Below are positions 27,302 to 36,898 of a DNA stretch of 64,000 nucleotides, in pieces. Every line of letters begins with the position of its first letter. The first letter of the stretch is position 1. The stretch is taken from the sequence record MW812339.1. One strand, written 5' to 3'. The translations under genes and the position numbers were made by a program. The notes below the pieces were generated by a model. The model was given only the letters and a program-made list of their open reading frames with translations. It had not been told where the DNA came from and ran no database searches.

Positions 27302-27742
27302 TTAAGAAACGGTCAAACCTGCTTCTTTGATGTGGTTAAGCAGCGTGTCGTAGATCACCTCTTCGTAATCAGTCACACCGCGAGTATAGTATTCGTGGGA
27401 ACCTTCGTAGGCCTGCAGCCAAGGTTCGGAACAATGGGTGCTATCAATGCGATACAAATGCAAGCTATCACCCGTCGTCATCTGATTTGCCCAGCCACCA
27501 GTGCTGCAAAGCTTCAGCGTATTACCGATTTGCTGAACTTTCACCGTGGCGGCAATGTTCTGCCCGCCATCACTGCCGCGATTCTTTGAAGCTGCATATT
27601 CGATGCCCGCCTTAATCGCTTCGCCTCGTGAGGGGAATGCAATCAGGGTCGGGCTATCGGTACCGATGCGTGTACCGTACAGATCACGATCGATTTGTTC
27701 AGCAGAAAGCACTTTCCAGTGATACGGCAACATCATCCACAA
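27302..27742 (-). CDS. Hypothetical protein with weak resemblance to Arr-like ADP-ribosyltransferase folds
   Basis: 146 aa. PYHW...LIAFPSRGEAIKAG...LHLYRID...HEYYT pattern, judged by eye only. Confidence 0.4.
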   Translation of the reverse strand: MWMMLPYHWKVLSAEQIDRDLYGTRIGTDSPTLIAFPSRGEAIKAGIEYAASKNRGSDGGQNIAATVKVQQIGNTLKLCSTGGWANQMTTGDSLHLYRIDSTHCSEPWLQAYEGSHEYYTRGVTDYEEVIYDTLLNHIKEAGLTVS

Positions 27743-27774
27743 CGTCTGTGGAGCAGGTTCAGAAGATTCCCTTG

Positions 27775-29121
27775 CTACTTTACCTGGGAGAGTTTCGCGG
27801 AAGCAACACGCAGGTCATTCGACAGGTAACGTTCCAGAGAACGCTGGTAATCAACACCCGCGCGTTCACGACGACCAGACGGAGTCAGGGTCTTCATGAT
27901 AAAGCTGTAGATGTTATCTTTGTCTTTGACCGTCAACAGCAGCTTGTCGATTGACGCGATGCCGGCCAGAATACGTTTACGGTGGTCATTAGCCGCCTTG
28001 GTATTCTGGTCTTTGATAGTGTTCAGTTCTTCCACCAGGTTACGACGAATCGTTTCGAAACGTTCCTGCGGAGGATCGTAGATAGTGCCTTTCGGGTCAT
28101 TGATAATCAGACCGAAGGCCATGGAGATGGTACTGATGAACAAACCAACCGGCGAGGCCACCCCGACGATTAACATCGCCACTTCCATCATCTCCAGTGC
28201 CAGGTGAGCACCGTAGTTCATGTACGAACGGTTACGGAACAGATAGAACTGCGACGTTTCCATTTTGTACAGAGCAGATGCCAGGTATGGCGCTGCACCG
28301 AAGCGTGCCGCAAAGTCGTCAGCTGCGCGTTCCCAGGTACGGTTAGCAAAACCTTCCGAACCGGTCACAAACGGACGCTCCAGCAGAGTCTGCGTAACCA
28401 GGTGCATATAGATGTTCTCTTTTGAAAACTCTTTACACACGGTCTCAGGCTGGTTAATTTTGGTGTTCAGCATTCGCTCAACATCCTTCACGACCTTCAT
28501 GCGCACTGCCGGGTCTTCGGTTTCCATCATGCGGTTAGCCGCAGCATCCGCAATCAGGTTCGTGACCACAGTACGCATCAGCGTACGGAAGTAGTAATAA
28601 ACGTGGCCCACTTCATGCAAGATAACTGCCGCAATTTCCAGGTCGGACATGTCTAACGATGTCAGCAACTTAGGCGTCAGGTAAAGTGGGGACGGCACTT
28701 TACTGAGGTCGCCGGAAATCTTCGCGTTCTTGTCATCGAACTCACCGTTCAGCTCGTTCTCTTTGATGAACTTGCTGTAGACATCGAGGTCTTTGTTGCC
28801 CTGATAGAAGGTACGTTGCAGGTTGGAGACGATAGGGTTGTTCGCATCCAGTTTTGGCGGCTCTACGCCCGCGAACACCACGTCAGCAACGCCGAGTTCA
28901 GAACCGTTACGGAACAGAATGGTGATTCCGTTGTTTTCCAGGACCCAGGCAGCCACACCAGAACTATCATAGCCCGCAGGCGAGAAGTCGCCTGCTTCGC
29001 GGAATTTACCGATGACCGCAGCGAGAGCGGCCAATTTCTTTTTATCTTGGAATCCGATGGATTCCCTGGCCACGACTTTCGCCTCGGCCACACTACGAAT
29101 GTGCTTTTGCCAGTGTCCCAT
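27775..29121 (-). CDS. Head protein with a zincin / M48-like metallopeptidase signature (SPN3US gp45-like)
   Basis: ARE-20 site, HEVGH (169-173), and ERAADDFAARFG-AAPYLASALYKM. C-terminal hydrophobic segment. Confidence 0.7.
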   Translation of the reverse strand: MGHWQKHIRSVAEAKVVARESIGFQDKKKLAALAAVIGKFREAGDFSPAGYDSSGVAAWVLENNGITILFRNGSELGVADVVFAGVEPPKLDANNPIVSNLQRTFYQGNKDLDVYSKFIKENELNGEFDDKNAKISGDLSKVPSPLYLTPKLLTSLDMSDLEIAAVILHEVGHVYYYFRTLMRTVVTNLIADAAANRMMETEDPAVRMKVVKDVERMLNTKINQPETVCKEFSKENIYMHLVTQTLLERPFVTGSEGFANRTWERAADDFAARFGAAPYLASALYKMETSQFYLFRNRSYMNYGAHLALEMMEVAMLIVGVASPVGLFISTISMAFGLIINDPKGTIYDPPQERFETIRRNLVEELNTIKDQNTKAANDHRKRILAGIASIDKLLLTVKDKDNIYSFIMKTLTPSGRRERAGVDYQRSLERYLSNDLRVASAKLSQVK

Positions 29122-29139
29122 TTAGACGTTCCTTAATAG

Positions 29140-29167
29140 AAAATTACGTTCCCCGCACTCAGTATAG
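29140..29167 (+). promoter_or_regulatory. Putative middle promoter AAAATTAC-N15-TATA
   Basis: Directly upstream of a DNA polymerase subunit gene; matches the other copies of the motif. Confidence 0.6.
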
Positions 29168-29191
29168 AAGCCACCGAATTGAGAGTGAACC

Positions 29192-30976
29192 ATGGAAATC
29201 AATACTTATTTTGCACCTGAAGATGTCGTTGCAAAAGAGTGCAAACACGTCGCGTATGCCACGGACGATGAGAAGGAAAATGATTTTGTCCTCATCAAAG
29301 AGGTCATCCATACTAAGGAGGGCAGGTCTATTGGCCGCCTGGTAATGCGTGAAAACTTGAAGCGTCCAGTGTACGTTACTCGTCCTGAATTCCAGAACCA
29401 TCAAGAGAAAAAAGAGTTCGAGGAAAAGAGTAAATGTCAGGAGCTGTTCACGACCGATGCAGCGATGGCGAAGACGTTACAAATGGGTTTAGGCGCTCGA
29501 TTCCCTGACCCGAAAAAGAACCTGCGTCGTGTCTGTACCAGTCCGTATGCATATTGGGCTGACTTGCCCATTACGTCTTGGATTAAACAGAAGTATCTAA
29601 AGAAGTGGCCTAACGCAGTAACTCCAAATCGTCTATGCATCTACGACGTGGAGACCAACGAAATGGAAGGTACGAAAGAGCCGTGGATTATTTCGTTCAT
29701 CCTGGACGATGAGATTCACTTCTTTGGTGCCAAGAACTACATGGACAGGATTGGGAAGAATGCAGAAGAAATCATTCTCAAGAAGGCCCAGGAGTTGCTC
29801 AGCAAAATCGCGTTCGATGAAAAGAACAAGAAGACTGGTGAGAAGGAAACGAAGATTAAGGACATTATCAAAGGCTTCAAAATCTTCACTTACACTTGCG
29901 CTACCGCCGGTCAATGCATTGTTCGCATGTTCGAAGAAATCCACCCACGACTGCCTGACCTGTTAGTCGCTTGGAACCACCAGTTTGATATCTCCAAAAT
30001 GCTGGAGTGTTTGAAGAATGAAGGTATTGATCCTTTGGGTGTCTTTAACCATCCGGACGTTCCAGAGAAATACCGTCGTCTGTGGTTCAAAGAAGACCAG
30101 GCGAACAAAAAGACGGAGTCCAAGTCACTGACCAAGGCACCGTCGCAACAGTGGCACGTACTTTACTGCACCGCTTCGTTCTACTGTGTAGACGCCATGG
30201 TGCTGTTCCGTTCCTTGCGCGTACACGAAGGTCAACGTCCGTCGTATAAGCTCTCTGCGATTCTGTACAGTGAGCTGGGCTTGAACAAACTTGACATTCC
30301 AGGTCTGCCGTATGAAGACAACTTGCAATGGCACATAAAAGCACAGCGGGACTATCCGGCCGAGTACGCCGTCTACAACATCATGGATAACCTGTTAATT
30401 CTGTTGTTGGACAAAAAGACAAACGACTTGTCTTCAGCCATCTCGATTCTGGCCGGTTTCTCGATGTACGATATTTTCCCATCGCTACCGAAGCGTATTT
30501 GTATCGCCTTCACCTATTACCTGTACGAGCAAGGGCTGGTGATTGGTTCTGTTGGTTCTGCGATGCGTAACGATTACGATGAGGAGGTTATCGGGACGGA
30601 TGGGTGGATTGTCACCTTAACGGCGTGTATGAATGCCGAGAATGGTTTGACGGATATCCTGGAAGAGATTGGCTCGTTCTATTCTGCCTTCCGTGGTCAG
30701 ACCGCAGATGCCGACTTAACGCAGGCGTATCCATCAGCCACCAACATGATGAACCAGTCTCGTGAGACGACACTTATCGAGCTGCTGTCCATCACCGGTG
30801 TTGCTGAAGAGATTCGCCGTCGTGCTGGCGTGAACCTGACTGCTGGTCGTGTGAATGCCATGGAAATCGCAACCGACTTCTTCCGTCTGCCGGATAAGGA
30901 TACTGTATTGTCAGCGTTCTTAACGCGTCAGGGAGAAGCAGTGACTGACCCGATTGAGTACATCAACGGGTTCTAA
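29192..30976 (+). CDS. Split family-B DNA polymerase: 3'-5' exonuclease plus motif A subunit (phiKZ gp82-like)
   Basis: ExoI IYDVET, ExoII WNHQFD, ExoIII YNIMD; polymerase motif A DADLTQAYPS. Confidence 0.85.
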   Translation: MEINTYFAPEDVVAKECKHVAYATDDEKENDFVLIKEVIHTKEGRSIGRLVMRENLKRPVYVTRPEFQNHQEKKEFEEKSKCQELFTTDAAMAKTLQMGLGARFPDPKKNLRRVCTSPYAYWADLPITSWIKQKYLKKWPNAVTPNRLCIYDVETNEMEGTKEPWIISFILDDEIHFFGAKNYMDRIGKNAEEIILKKAQELLSKIAFDEKNKKTGEKETKIKDIIKGFKIFTYTCATAGQCIVRMFEEIHPRLPDLLVAWNHQFDISKMLECLKNEGIDPLGVFNHPDVPEKYRRLWFKEDQANKKTESKSLTKAPSQQWHVLYCTASFYCVDAMVLFRSLRVHEGQRPSYKLSAILYSELGLNKLDIPGLPYEDNLQWHIKAQRDYPAEYAVYNIMDNLLILLLDKKTNDLSSAISILAGFSMYDIFPSLPKRICIAFTYYLYEQGLVIGSVGSAMRNDYDEEVIGTDGWIVTLTACMNAENGLTDILEEIGSFYSAFRGQTADADLTQAYPSATNMMNQSRETTLIELLSITGVAEEIRRRAGVNLTAGRVNAMEIATDFFRLPDKDTVLSAFLTRQGEAVTDPIEYINGF

Positions 30977-31023
30977 GAAAAAAATAAAGTCCTCTCTACC
31001 CTAGGGTAGAGAGGTACTTTTAT

Positions 31024-31524
31024 TTAGCCGCCAAATGCGTGGATGATCAGCGACTGTAGGTCTGGGTCGCTTACGCGTTTCGCCAGACGGTTTACGTCGT
31101 TGGTCAAACTGAAGTTCGCTTTGTTCGTGCAACGTGCGTAACGTACCAGCATGTTGATGAAGATAACGAACGCTTCACGCTCATCGCGGTTCGGGAAGTT
31201 ATCAGTAACACGCTTGTTCACTGACGGGGCGTAGAAGATACCGTTACGGTATTTGTTCGCTGCTTCCACGAAGATATAGAACGCATCCAGGAATGCCTGG
31301 CCACGGAGTTTAAACAGCGCACGGAACGACTGGTGCAGTTTGTTGTACGCGTCTTTCTCAGCCTGAGTACCGGAGGCCTTGCTTGGACCTGCGCCATTAC
31401 CCGCTTCATCCAGCTGCGTTGCAATCAGTTTTACCTGGAACTGCTCGTCACTGCTGTACGCAGAATCTGCACGCGTAACACCTTCAGTACGCTGGTCCAG
31501 AGTCGTTAAGTCATTTTTAGCCAT
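31024..31524 (-). CDS. Conserved hypothetical protein (166 aa)
   Basis: Biased codons and AAGGA RBS. A bidirectional hairpin lies at about 30980-31020. Confidence 0.75.
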   Translation of the reverse strand: MAKNDLTTLDQRTEGVTRADSAYSSDEQFQVKLIATQLDEAGNGAGPSKASGTQAEKDAYNKLHQSFRALFKLRGQAFLDAFYIFVEAANKYRNGIFYAPSVNKRVTDNFPNRDEREAFVIFINMLVRYARCTNKANFSLTNDVNRLAKRVSDPDLQSLIIHAFGG

Positions 31525-31536
31525 GGGGAATAATCC

Positions 31537-32853
31537 TTAGGTAATGTGGAATTTAGGGATGAACTCTTTCACGACCGTTTCACGACCGTGCATTGCACCC
31601 ATCGCGGTGGTCATAACGTTCGAGAAGCCGGAAGAGATATCCGCAGCGATTGCACGCGGTTCTTCTGCTTTGTGGGCGTTAGCACATGCCGCACAACAGT
31701 CTACGTGACCCTGCTGACATAAGATGGGTCGACGAATACGGACAACTTTACCCATCTGCTTCTTCAAGAACTCTTCGGTCATCTGGTAGGGTTTGCCATC
31801 TACCATCGCGTTCATGCCGACATAGCGCTTGTAGTTTGCCTGGTTGATAACCAACGCATGGGTAAGTTTGGTACCGCAATCCCCAGGGACGATTTTGTGG
31901 TTCTGGAAAATCATCTGGATAATACGTACCTGCTCACCACCTTTTGCGGTTTCAGCACCACGCATGAAGGAGCCTTCACGGGTATCGTTGAACTTCTCAA
32001 CCAGATTGCGCATCCCCGTCTGGTCAACTTCCATCAGACTGGTTGGGATTAGGGTGAAGTCCGCACCTTCTTTGAAGGCAGTTTGAATCCCGTACATCAG
32101 CATCAGCTTACGACGACGCATACGCGATTTCGCTGAACTGTAGAACTCCACAGATTGGTCACCAGACAACCATTCTTTATCGAGTTCATCCAGCGCTTGC
32201 TCAATCTTAACAATGACCGCTGGGTTATCCAACTCGTCTTTGTGCTTGAGTAATAACGCATCACGCACCTTATACGCATCAGGATGCGTTGTAAGGCTTC
32301 TAATCGTACCGGTAGGGGCAATGCCTCGGGTAAGTGGTGCAAGCTCGTGTAAGCCGCCCACGAAGCGTCCTACCATCTCTGGACGAATAGCCACGTCGTT
32401 CTCTGGTTCGTCGTCGTCATTATCCAGGCAACGGTCGTACATCTCTTCGGTGTACGACATCGGGTCACGGGATTCGGCCAGGTACGGCATTCGCGTTTCG
32501 AAAGCGTAATAGATGACAATCCAGTTGAACACGTAGCGACCAACCGTGGTTGGAATAGGCCCGTTTAATCCTGGGTACATTTCTGGGCGCAGTTCAAACT
32601 GATCTTCGGGGAAGAACAACTCTTCTCCTTTCTTCGCTCCCTGAATAGGCTCCCAACTTCCTACCCCATCCTTTTCCACGTAGTAGTGCGCGGTTTCGTC
32701 GATGTAGTTTAAGTCGAACGGTTCTGGCGGTTCTCCGTTCTCATTGAAGATGGCAACGTTGAACACAGCGATACGCCATACCAGTCGCCGCCAGGCTTCT
32801 GCTTGGCACGCTGCGACCAAGTATTCAATCTTGTTCATAGTTTTCCTCTTCAC
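31537..32853 (-). CDS. Virion RNA polymerase beta'-like subunit (phiKZ gp80 / SPN3US gp42-like)
   Basis: GAETAKGG, GDCGT, VRIRRPILCQ...CCAAC and AMGAMH resemble beta' C-terminal regions; synteny. Confidence 0.8.
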   Translation of the reverse strand: MKRKTMNKIEYLVAACQAEAWRRLVWRIAVFNVAIFNENGEPPEPFDLNYIDETAHYYVEKDGVGSWEPIQGAKKGEELFFPEDQFELRPEMYPGLNGPIPTTVGRYVFNWIVIYYAFETRMPYLAESRDPMSYTEEMYDRCLDNDDDEPENDVAIRPEMVGRFVGGLHELAPLTRGIAPTGTIRSLTTHPDAYKVRDALLLKHKDELDNPAVIVKIEQALDELDKEWLSGDQSVEFYSSAKSRMRRRKLMLMYGIQTAFKEGADFTLIPTSLMEVDQTGMRNLVEKFNDTREGSFMRGAETAKGGEQVRIIQMIFQNHKIVPGDCGTKLTHALVINQANYKRYVGMNAMVDGKPYQMTEEFLKKQMGKVVRIRRPILCQQGHVDCCAACANAHKAEEPRAIAADISSGFSNVMTTAMGAMHGRETVVKEFIPKFHIT

Positions 32854-33688
32854 CCTCTTCGTCGTTGCCGTAGATGACTTTTAACGCACCCATGGCACGA
32901 CGCAGCAAATCGTTCGCTGGTAAGTTCTCTGAGTTCAACAACGCAAAGTTCCGCGACAACGCTTCATAGGCATCGTCATACGTTTCGTTCGGAATAATCG
33001 ACAGGCCCACGCTGTACATGATGAGCAGGTCTTCTTCACTGATATCGTCAGCATCGTAATCGAAGGACTGTTGTACGACGGTCAGGTCAGGTTCCGGTGG
33101 CAAGTTCAAGAACACGAAAGCAGATGGGTTCTCAGGGAATGCACGCAAGTATGCAACGATGCGCCCCTGGCGTAAGTAGTCGTTGCCGGCATCCTGTTGT
33201 TCTAACGCGGCGGCAGACAAGAAGTTCTGCATCACCGTCATCACCCTTGGGCCCACCTGGGTAATCAAATCTTCGAAGTGCAGCTGGTCATCGCCGTAAA
33301 CATAACGACACATGTTTTCCAGGATGTACTCCGGTGTTTCGCCCGACAGCACGATACCGTATAATGTATCCGTATCTTCGAACTCTTCAAACTTCTCAAG
33401 CAGACCGTGCAGGATGCGCACCGTCTCTTTGGGTTTCTGGTAAACAATCTGCGGGTTCAGACCAACCCCCAAACGGTTTCCTAATGCGACTGCCACTTTA
33501 ACGATGATTCCTTCCAGTCGGATGGTTTCTTCTGCTGGTTCGGACAGCGGATTGTAATACGCATCAGACAGGGCGACATCGTAACCGTATTCCATACCGA
33601 GCGTGACTAAGTCAAGCATGGGCGCTGCACGGTCTTCGTGACGATTGACCGTTAAGACGGCCGCATAGTCGGTATAAATGTCAATCAT
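32825..33688 (-). CDS. Probable virion protein (287 aa)
   Basis: Acidic ORF between the chaperone-like pair and the vRNAP subunit; synteny. Confidence 0.6.
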   Translation of the reverse strand: MIDIYTDYAAVLTVNRHEDRAAPMLDLVTLGMEYGYDVALSDAYYNPLSEPAEETIRLEGIIVKVAVALGNRLGVGLNPQIVYQKPKETVRILHGLLEKFEEFEDTDTLYGIVLSGETPEYILENMCRYVYGDDQLHFEDLITQVGPRVMTVMQNFLSAAALEQQDAGNDYLRQGRIVAYLRAFPENPSAFVFLNLPPEPDLTVVQQSFDYDADDISEEDLLIMYSVGLSIIPNETYDDAYEALSRNFALLNSENLPANDLLRRAMGALKVIYGNDEEGEEENYEQD

Positions 33689-33761
33689 GGCTTTCTTCCA
33701 CTATGGACTGGGTAACATACGAAGGCAAAAAAGAAAAGGGAAACGGGGCCGAAGCCCCGGA

Positions 33762-34259
33762 TTATTTGTTGCCCTGTCCCATCGCTTCTTTTTCCAAGAG
33801 TTCCAGCGCACGGGCACCGACAAGTCCATTACCCGCTTGGTTGATGGCGGCATTACGACGACGGATGTTATCCAGCATCAGCAATATCTCCCAACGTGGG
33901 CGGTCTAAGAACCTGTCAATGTCCATCTTGTAATGTTCACCCACTTGCTCACGCAGGAAGGTGGCATACCAGATATCGTACAAGCTGCCGAAGATGGGGT
34001 TCTCGAACTCTGAGAACCCTACCTGATGCAAACCTGTCTCAAGACCGAGTGTTCGGTCATACGCACCCATCAACTCGTCATGTGCTTCCTGATAAGTGAT
34101 GGGGCGTGCGCTACGCTGCTTGAACAGTGAGGTGGTATCCATCTTGAGCGTGGTAATGATTTGCTCCGATGGGACCTCTTCCTGGTCTAGCCAATATCGG
34201 CGTATTGAGCCAGCAAGAATTTCTGAATCTCGGACACCACTCGAGAGAGCACGAAAAAA
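33762..34259 (-). CDS. Probable -1 frameshift extension of the 680-aa ORF (GT-like tail chaperone C-terminal domain)
   Basis: This frame is open through the slippery T TTT TTC (34259-34253). HYKMDIDRFLDRPRWEILLMLDNIRRR resembles P2 E' / T4 gp51-type motifs. The alternative start, ATG 34142, has a poor RBS. Confidence 0.6.
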   Translation of the reverse strand, partial: FFRALSSGVRDSEILAGSIRRYWLDQEEVPSEQIITTLKMDTTSLFKQRSARPITYQEAHDELMGAYDRTLGLETGLHQVGFSEFENPIFGSLYDIWYATFLREQVGEHYKMDIDRFLDRPRWEILLMLDNIRRRNAAINQAGNGLVGARALELLEKEAMGQGNK

Positions 34260-36229
34260 ACCCTGTCCGGAGAGATGGTAACGATACCACGGTACAGACC
34301 TTCTTTCTCGCCGTGCTGTTTGCCACACGCAGGACAACGTTTGCCCATGTAACCAAACACCGCCAGGCGGGTACGTTCGATGTACTCAGCAATTGCGTTC
34401 TCGAACTGACCAACGTACAGACGGTCAGACGACAGCTCTTCGAGCATTTCGATAATCTTCTGCTCGTTGGTTTCGGTGGTTGGAATCGGCTGGTATTCAC
34501 CGTTGACTTCACGCTCTTCGATAACCGTAATGGATTTAACCATGTGGGCATAGCGAGTCAGTCGACGGGATTCAGCGGTTAAGCGCATGTGGTTCTCACG
34601 CTCACGTTCCGTACCGAATTCTGCCAGTGCTGCGGTGGTCGATGCGTTGACATCTTCAATCCAACGTTCGGTGGAGTCGAAGAAGCGACCGAGGGACGAA
34701 CGACCGAACTCGACCTTCACGTGGTTGTAGTCGAAGATAGCAGCAGGGTCAACGGCGTGTGCTTTCACATACTCCGCTTGCTCAGCCATGCTAATCATAG
34801 GACGTTCAGTGCCACGTTGACGAGCCCACAGTTGTTTCTGCAGGTCAGTGAACAGACCAGTACCGAAACGAATGCAGCGTGCGATGTTCAGCTTAACCGC
34901 ATCTTCCTGAGTACAACCGTCCAGACCACACAGCAACGTCCACGGAATACCGCCTGGGAACTTCGCCTGCAATGGCCCCAGGACGATTAGCCAGTAGTCA
35001 GCCAGGTCGACTTTCTCCAGCAGTACCGTACGCAGGTCATTACCTTCGCAGTCAATGGTCGCTTCGGTAACAAACTGCAGAGCGAACTCAACCATGTGAC
35101 GCATGTACACGCCGGAAGACGAGGACAGCATCAAGCCGTAGGTCTGCATCCCGATGGTGGCAGTTTCCAGCGCCAAGCGCATGTCGAAGTCACACAGGTC
35201 GCGTTCGTGCGGCGAACGGAAACCGACGTAGATACCGGTTGCAGGCAACCAGACCGAGTTCGGAATACCCGACTTACGTACACGACGCAGTGCCGCAATC
35301 GCACCAGTGTGCATGTTGTCGCGCGGAGAGATAGCGCCAGCGAAGTTACCTTCTGACAACTCAACACGCTGTTCCCATGCCGTATCGGTACGCATCAGCG
35401 CACCTGCAAACGACGGGGTACCATCCTGCAGACGCGGCGGCGTCATGTTCAACGCACGATAGATAGAATCGTAACGTTCCTGCTGCTCAGCAGACTCAAA
35501 CAACGGACGCCCATCTTTCGGTGAACGTTTGATGCTGTTGAGGAACTTCTGCAGGTCTTCTGCAATCAAGTTGGGGTCCTGCATGATGCCCAGGAGCGTT
35601 CCCGGCTGCAGTAAGATGTTGTTCGGGTCATCAGAATCCAGCGCCGAGGTTTCAGCCAGATGGTTCTGCGTACCGAAGTTAATCTCACGGTCTTCTGCCA
35701 CTTCCGGAACCTGTGGAGCGGCTTCGTCTTTAATCGGAGCAGCCTGAACGGGGGCGGGTTGTGGAGTAGGTTGTTGGACAACCGGTTTCGGCTGCTCTAC
35801 CGGTGCCGGTTCTGGGACTTCGGCATGAACGTGTGGACGTTCCGGGTCGGTCAGGGAAACACTCGCTGTGGTAACACCAGTAGTGACCGTGCCGGTCGGC
35901 ATAATCGGGTCTTGGACTGGTGCCGGTTGATGGTGATGCTGGTCAAACACCGCCGCAGGGGTAGGCAGTGGCTCGTCTTCATACTGCGGACGTTCGAGCT
36001 TCGGCTCGGGCTGTCTGTGAGCGTAATGTTGATTGTACGCTTCTTCTGCCTGGGCAAAAGAAAAAGACGGGTTAGTACGTTTGATGGCAAGGATGATCGT
36101 ATCCGCATCTGCGTCGTCAGACACAGTCGGAAGGATCACCTCTTGCTGGGTAGCAGCCGCGACTGGCGCAGGCTGCTCGGGATTAGGGCGACGAGCATTG
36201 CTCGGACGCTGGTCCTGGGTTTCAGACAT
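34187..36229 (-). CDS. Putative tail or baseplate assembly chaperone with a Pro-rich N-terminus (680 aa)
   Basis: VWLPATGIYVGFRSP and a CPACG Zn knuckle resemble T4 gp26-like chaperones. Contains a slippery site near the 3' end. Confidence 0.55.
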   Translation of the reverse strand: MSETQDQRPSNARRPNPEQPAPVAAATQQEVILPTVSDDADADTIILAIKRTNPSFSFAQAEEAYNQHYAHRQPEPKLERPQYEDEPLPTPAAVFDQHHHQPAPVQDPIMPTGTVTTGVTTASVSLTDPERPHVHAEVPEPAPVEQPKPVVQQPTPQPAPVQAAPIKDEAAPQVPEVAEDREINFGTQNHLAETSALDSDDPNNILLQPGTLLGIMQDPNLIAEDLQKFLNSIKRSPKDGRPLFESAEQQERYDSIYRALNMTPPRLQDGTPSFAGALMRTDTAWEQRVELSEGNFAGAISPRDNMHTGAIAALRRVRKSGIPNSVWLPATGIYVGFRSPHERDLCDFDMRLALETATIGMQTYGLMLSSSSGVYMRHMVEFALQFVTEATIDCEGNDLRTVLLEKVDLADYWLIVLGPLQAKFPGGIPWTLLCGLDGCTQEDAVKLNIARCIRFGTGLFTDLQKQLWARQRGTERPMISMAEQAEYVKAHAVDPAAIFDYNHVKVEFGRSSLGRFFDSTERWIEDVNASTTAALAEFGTERERENHMRLTAESRRLTRYAHMVKSITVIEEREVNGEYQPIPTTETNEQKIIEMLEELSSDRLYVGQFENAIAEYIERTRLAVFGYMGKRCPACGKQHGEKEGLYRGIVTISPDRVFFVLSRVVSEIQKFLLAQYADIG

Positions 36230-36839
36230 TTGCAGCTTCCTCTACTTTCACTTCAACGTCGTGATGGTCAACTGGCGCAGGCTGCACTTCTTTCGCCTGG
36301 TCTGCAATGGCCTGGGCCAGGAGCGCTTTCGCTTGGTCCATGGTCTGGCCTTTGTTCAGTGCTTGTTTCACGAATTTGATTTCAGCATTGTAGCGAGAGA
36401 ACAGCTCGATGCTGGTATAATTGAAATCTGCAGACAGCATCATGCTGGCCTGTTCGATGTTCGACATGGACAGCTGGTCCATGGTCACCTGGTCTTTAAT
36501 GTCTTTCCAGGATTTGGTGTGGTCATCCAGCAGGGCTACCAGCGGAGTAGCGATGGCATCCATCTCAACGACCATCTGGTTAAACTTCGGCGTGACATCA
36601 GCACCCATACCGATCAGAGCCGCTTGTGCGCGGTCTAACGCTTCCAGGGTGTATTCTTTCAGCTCAACGTGGTCAATAGCACCAACGACTTCACGTTCGC
36701 GATCAACACGGCCGGACAGGAAAGAACCCGATTCCACGAATACCGCCTGACGTTTCAGCAGGTCTTTCATGGAACTGACTACGCTATCACGAGCCAGTTT
36801 ACGCGGGTTATAAGCGGGTTTCTTTTTGCGACGACTCAT
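36222..36839 (-). CDS. Hypothetical protein, probably virion (about 205 aa)
   Basis: ORF track 36222..36887. Likely start is ATG 36839 (MSRRKKK) after AAGGA. Confidence 0.65.
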   Translation of the reverse strand: MSRRKKKPAYNPRKLARDSVVSSMKDLLKRQAVFVESGSFLSGRVDREREVVGAIDHVELKEYTLEALDRAQAALIGMGADVTPKFNQMVVEMDAIATPLVALLDDHTKSWKDIKDQVTMDQLSMSNIEQASMMLSADFNYTSIELFSRYNAEIKFVKQALNKGQTMDQAKALLAQAIADQAKEVQPAPVDHHDVEVKVEEAANV

Positions 36840-36898
36840 CGTAATATTCCTTATTGAAAACGGGGTGGGTGTATACACAATATACACCCAAAACGTGA

